Shown one piece after another: positions 41,027 to 42,592 of a stretch of 42,592 bases of DNA. The notes beneath the pieces were generated by a model. It saw only the letters and a program-made list of their open reading frames with translations. It had not been told where the DNA came from and did no database searches. Made by a program: the position numbers and the translations under genes. The first letter of the stretch is position 1; each line of letters starts with the position of its first letter. The DNA comes from Opitutales bacterium (GTDB lineage Bacteria; Verrucomicrobiota; Verrucomicrobiia; Opitutales; Coraliomargaritaceae): positions 1 through 42,592 of the forward strand of contig JBMYNR010000013.1 in assembly GCA_049598495.1 (NCBI GenBank), written 5' to 3'.

Positions 41027-42205
41027 ATGATTGTTAAGCCACGTATCCGAGGATTTGTTTGTATCACGGCGCACCCAAAGGGCTGCGAAGCCAAGGTTCG
41101 CCAAGAAATTGAGATTGCCAAGTCGGCTAAGAAAACAGGCGGCCCCATGAAGGTCCTCGTGATCGGGGCCTCCACTGGTTACGGTCTCTCTACTCGTATC
41201 GCCTCCGCATTCACTTACGGGGCCGATACGCTAGGTGTTTTTTTTGAGCGTCCTTCTATGAAGGGAAAACCTGCCAGCGCTGGCTGGTATAACTCCTGCG
41301 CATTCGAGAAAGCTGCACACGAGTCCGGCCTCTACGCGAAGAGTATCAATGGCGATGCCTTCTCCGACGAGATCAAATCAAGAACAGTCGAAATGATTAA
41401 AGCTGACCTTGGGCAGATTGATCTTGTGGTGTATAGTCTAGCATCCCCTCGTCGCACGGACCCCAAGACAGGCCAGACTTTCAAATCCGTGCTCAAACCG
41501 ATTGGTGATTCCTTTAGTAATCGTACTCTCGACACGGATAAGAATGAGGTCACCGAGGTCACTATCGAGCCTGCCATTCAGGAGGAGATCGACCACACCG
41601 TTAAAGTCATGGGCGGGGAAGACTGGGAACTCTGGATGGATGCGCTTGCCGAGGCGGGTGTCCTCGCACCCGGTGCCAAGAGTGTCGCTTATTCCTACAT
41701 CGGGCCCGAGATCACCTGGCCTGTCTATACCAATGGCACCATCGGTCAGGCAAAAAAAGACGTTGAGCGCGCTGCCGCTGCAATTACCGAGAAACACGAC
41801 TGCGCCGCCTATGTCGCGGTCAATAAAGCGGTGGTTACCCAGGCCAGTTCTGCTATTCCGGTGGTCCCGCTTTATATTTCGATTCTCTTTAAGATCATGA
41901 AAGCTAAGGGCACTCACGAGGATTGCATTGAGCAAATGATCCGCTTGCTCAAGGAGCGTCTTTACGGTGAGGACCTGCAACTTGATGAAGCGGGGCGTAT
42001 ACGCATTGACGATTGGGAAATGGAGCCTGATGTCCAGCAGGCTGTCGCCGAGATTTGGCCCGGGATCACCAGCGAGACCCTCAATGTCGAGTCTGACTAT
42101 GCCGGCTACCAACAGAATTTCCTCAGTCTCTTTGGTTTCGGTATTCCCGGTGTCGATTACAGCGAAGATCTCGAGGTTGATGTCCCGCTGCCGAGTAGCC
42201 TTTAA
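41027..42205 (+). CDS. fabV: Enoyl-ACP reductase FabV / trans-2-enoyl-CoA reductase
   Basis: AHP.GC, GASTGYGL, VYSLASP, VMGGEDW, YSYIG, Y.NGTIG.AK and VTQASSAIP motifs. Confidence 0.97.
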   Translation: MIVKPRIRGFVCITAHPKGCEAKVRQEIEIAKSAKKTGGPMKVLVIGASTGYGLSTRIASAFTYGADTLGVFFERPSMKGKPASAGWYNSCAFEKAAHESGLYAKSINGDAFSDEIKSRTVEMIKADLGQIDLVVYSLASPRRTDPKTGQTFKSVLKPIGDSFSNRTLDTDKNEVTEVTIEPAIQEEIDHTVKVMGGEDWELWMDALAEAGVLAPGAKSVAYSYIGPEITWPVYTNGTIGQAKKDVERAAAAITEKHDCAAYVAVNKAVVTQASSAIPVVPLYISILFKIMKAKGTHEDCIEQMIRLLKERLYGEDLQLDEAGRIRIDDWEMEPDVQQAVAEIWPGITSETLNVESDYAGYQQNFLSLFGFGIPGVDYSEDLEVDVPLPSSL

Positions 42206-42213
42206 TACCATGT

Positions 42214-42504
42214 GCTTGTAGGTTACTCCGTGATGAGTGACCGGCTTTTTGAGCTCTTCCGAGAATGGACCGAAGTTGTTCGTCGGAGGAAGGGCTCGAA
42301 AAAGCCTCTGAATGCTGCGAAGCTTGGAGGTGCCAGGATGCCCCGAATCGGTGACGGCCGATTCGGGGCTGCTCGCGTAAAGATCAACAGAGTGCCGGAA
42401 CCTTTTGAGTTCATATTAGAGCATCGGTCTACGCGAGCACCCTGGCTTAATATCGAACAGTTGCACGAGCCTTCGGAAAATCCGTTGAGCTCATCTCTAC
42501 AAGC
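42214..42504 (+). ncRNA. Structured non-coding left end of an IS110 element, candidate bridge RNA
   Basis: Outer stem GCTTGTAG/CTACAAGC encloses hairpins at 42243-42306, 42340-42369 and 42370-42439, directly upstream of an IS110 ORF. Confidence 0.65.
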
Positions 42505-42516
42505 CAGATACAAGCC

Positions 42517-42592
42517 ATGAATCCAAGCACATACAACTATATCGCCATCGACGTCTCAAAATCAACTCTGCAAATCCAAAGCGAGTCGAAGG
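42517..42592 (+). mobile_element. IS110-family recombinase/transposase, N-terminus only (runs off the window)
   Basis: Translates as MNPSTYNYIAIDVSKSTLQIQSESK; IAIDVSK matches the first Asp motif of the DEDD RuvC-like domain. Only 25 codons are visible. Confidence 0.75.

Noticed and set aside
41438..42211. 257-aa antisense ORF and the many other short overlapping ORFs
   Set aside because: They are shadows of well-supported genes with no recognisable motifs.
42212..42520. 102-aa and 96-aa ORFs upstream of the IS110 gene
   Set aside because: No protein features, and the region is dominated by inverted repeats consistent with structured RNA.

Overview
Bacterial chromosomal window, most likely Verrucomicrobiota (Opitutia/Puniceicoccaceae-like). 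This is inferred from the long-form IspG, the TGTTC-N4-GAACA-type LexA box and the overall gene set. It is mostly housekeeping DNA: accA, pckG, a topoisomerase IV A subunit, ispG, cimA, lexA, ugd, fabV, hpf, pilD, a CLC channel, an ABC-F ATPase and four tRNAs (Ala-GGC, Arg-ACG, Tyr-GTA, Gln-TTG). It also holds a methyltransferase/FAD-oxidoreductase/DUF1365 lipid-modification cluster, an inverted-domain photolyase coupled to an atypical ADP-ribosylglycohydrolase, and an exonuclease-ligase pair. The most unusual signal is non-coding. Three different tRNA genes (Arg, Tyr, Gln) are each followed by a homologous structured element of about 155-170 bp that ends in a copy of that tRNA's own 3' end and is closed by a stem matched to that tRNA's T-arm. 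The Tyr copy carries a nested 241-bp MITE with a CTAA target duplication, and a second copy of this MITE interrupts the transposase at the left edge of the window. The right edge has the start of an IS110 recombinase preceded by a ~300-nt structured, bridge-RNA-like leader. All calls come from reading the sequence; no searches or folding programs were run.
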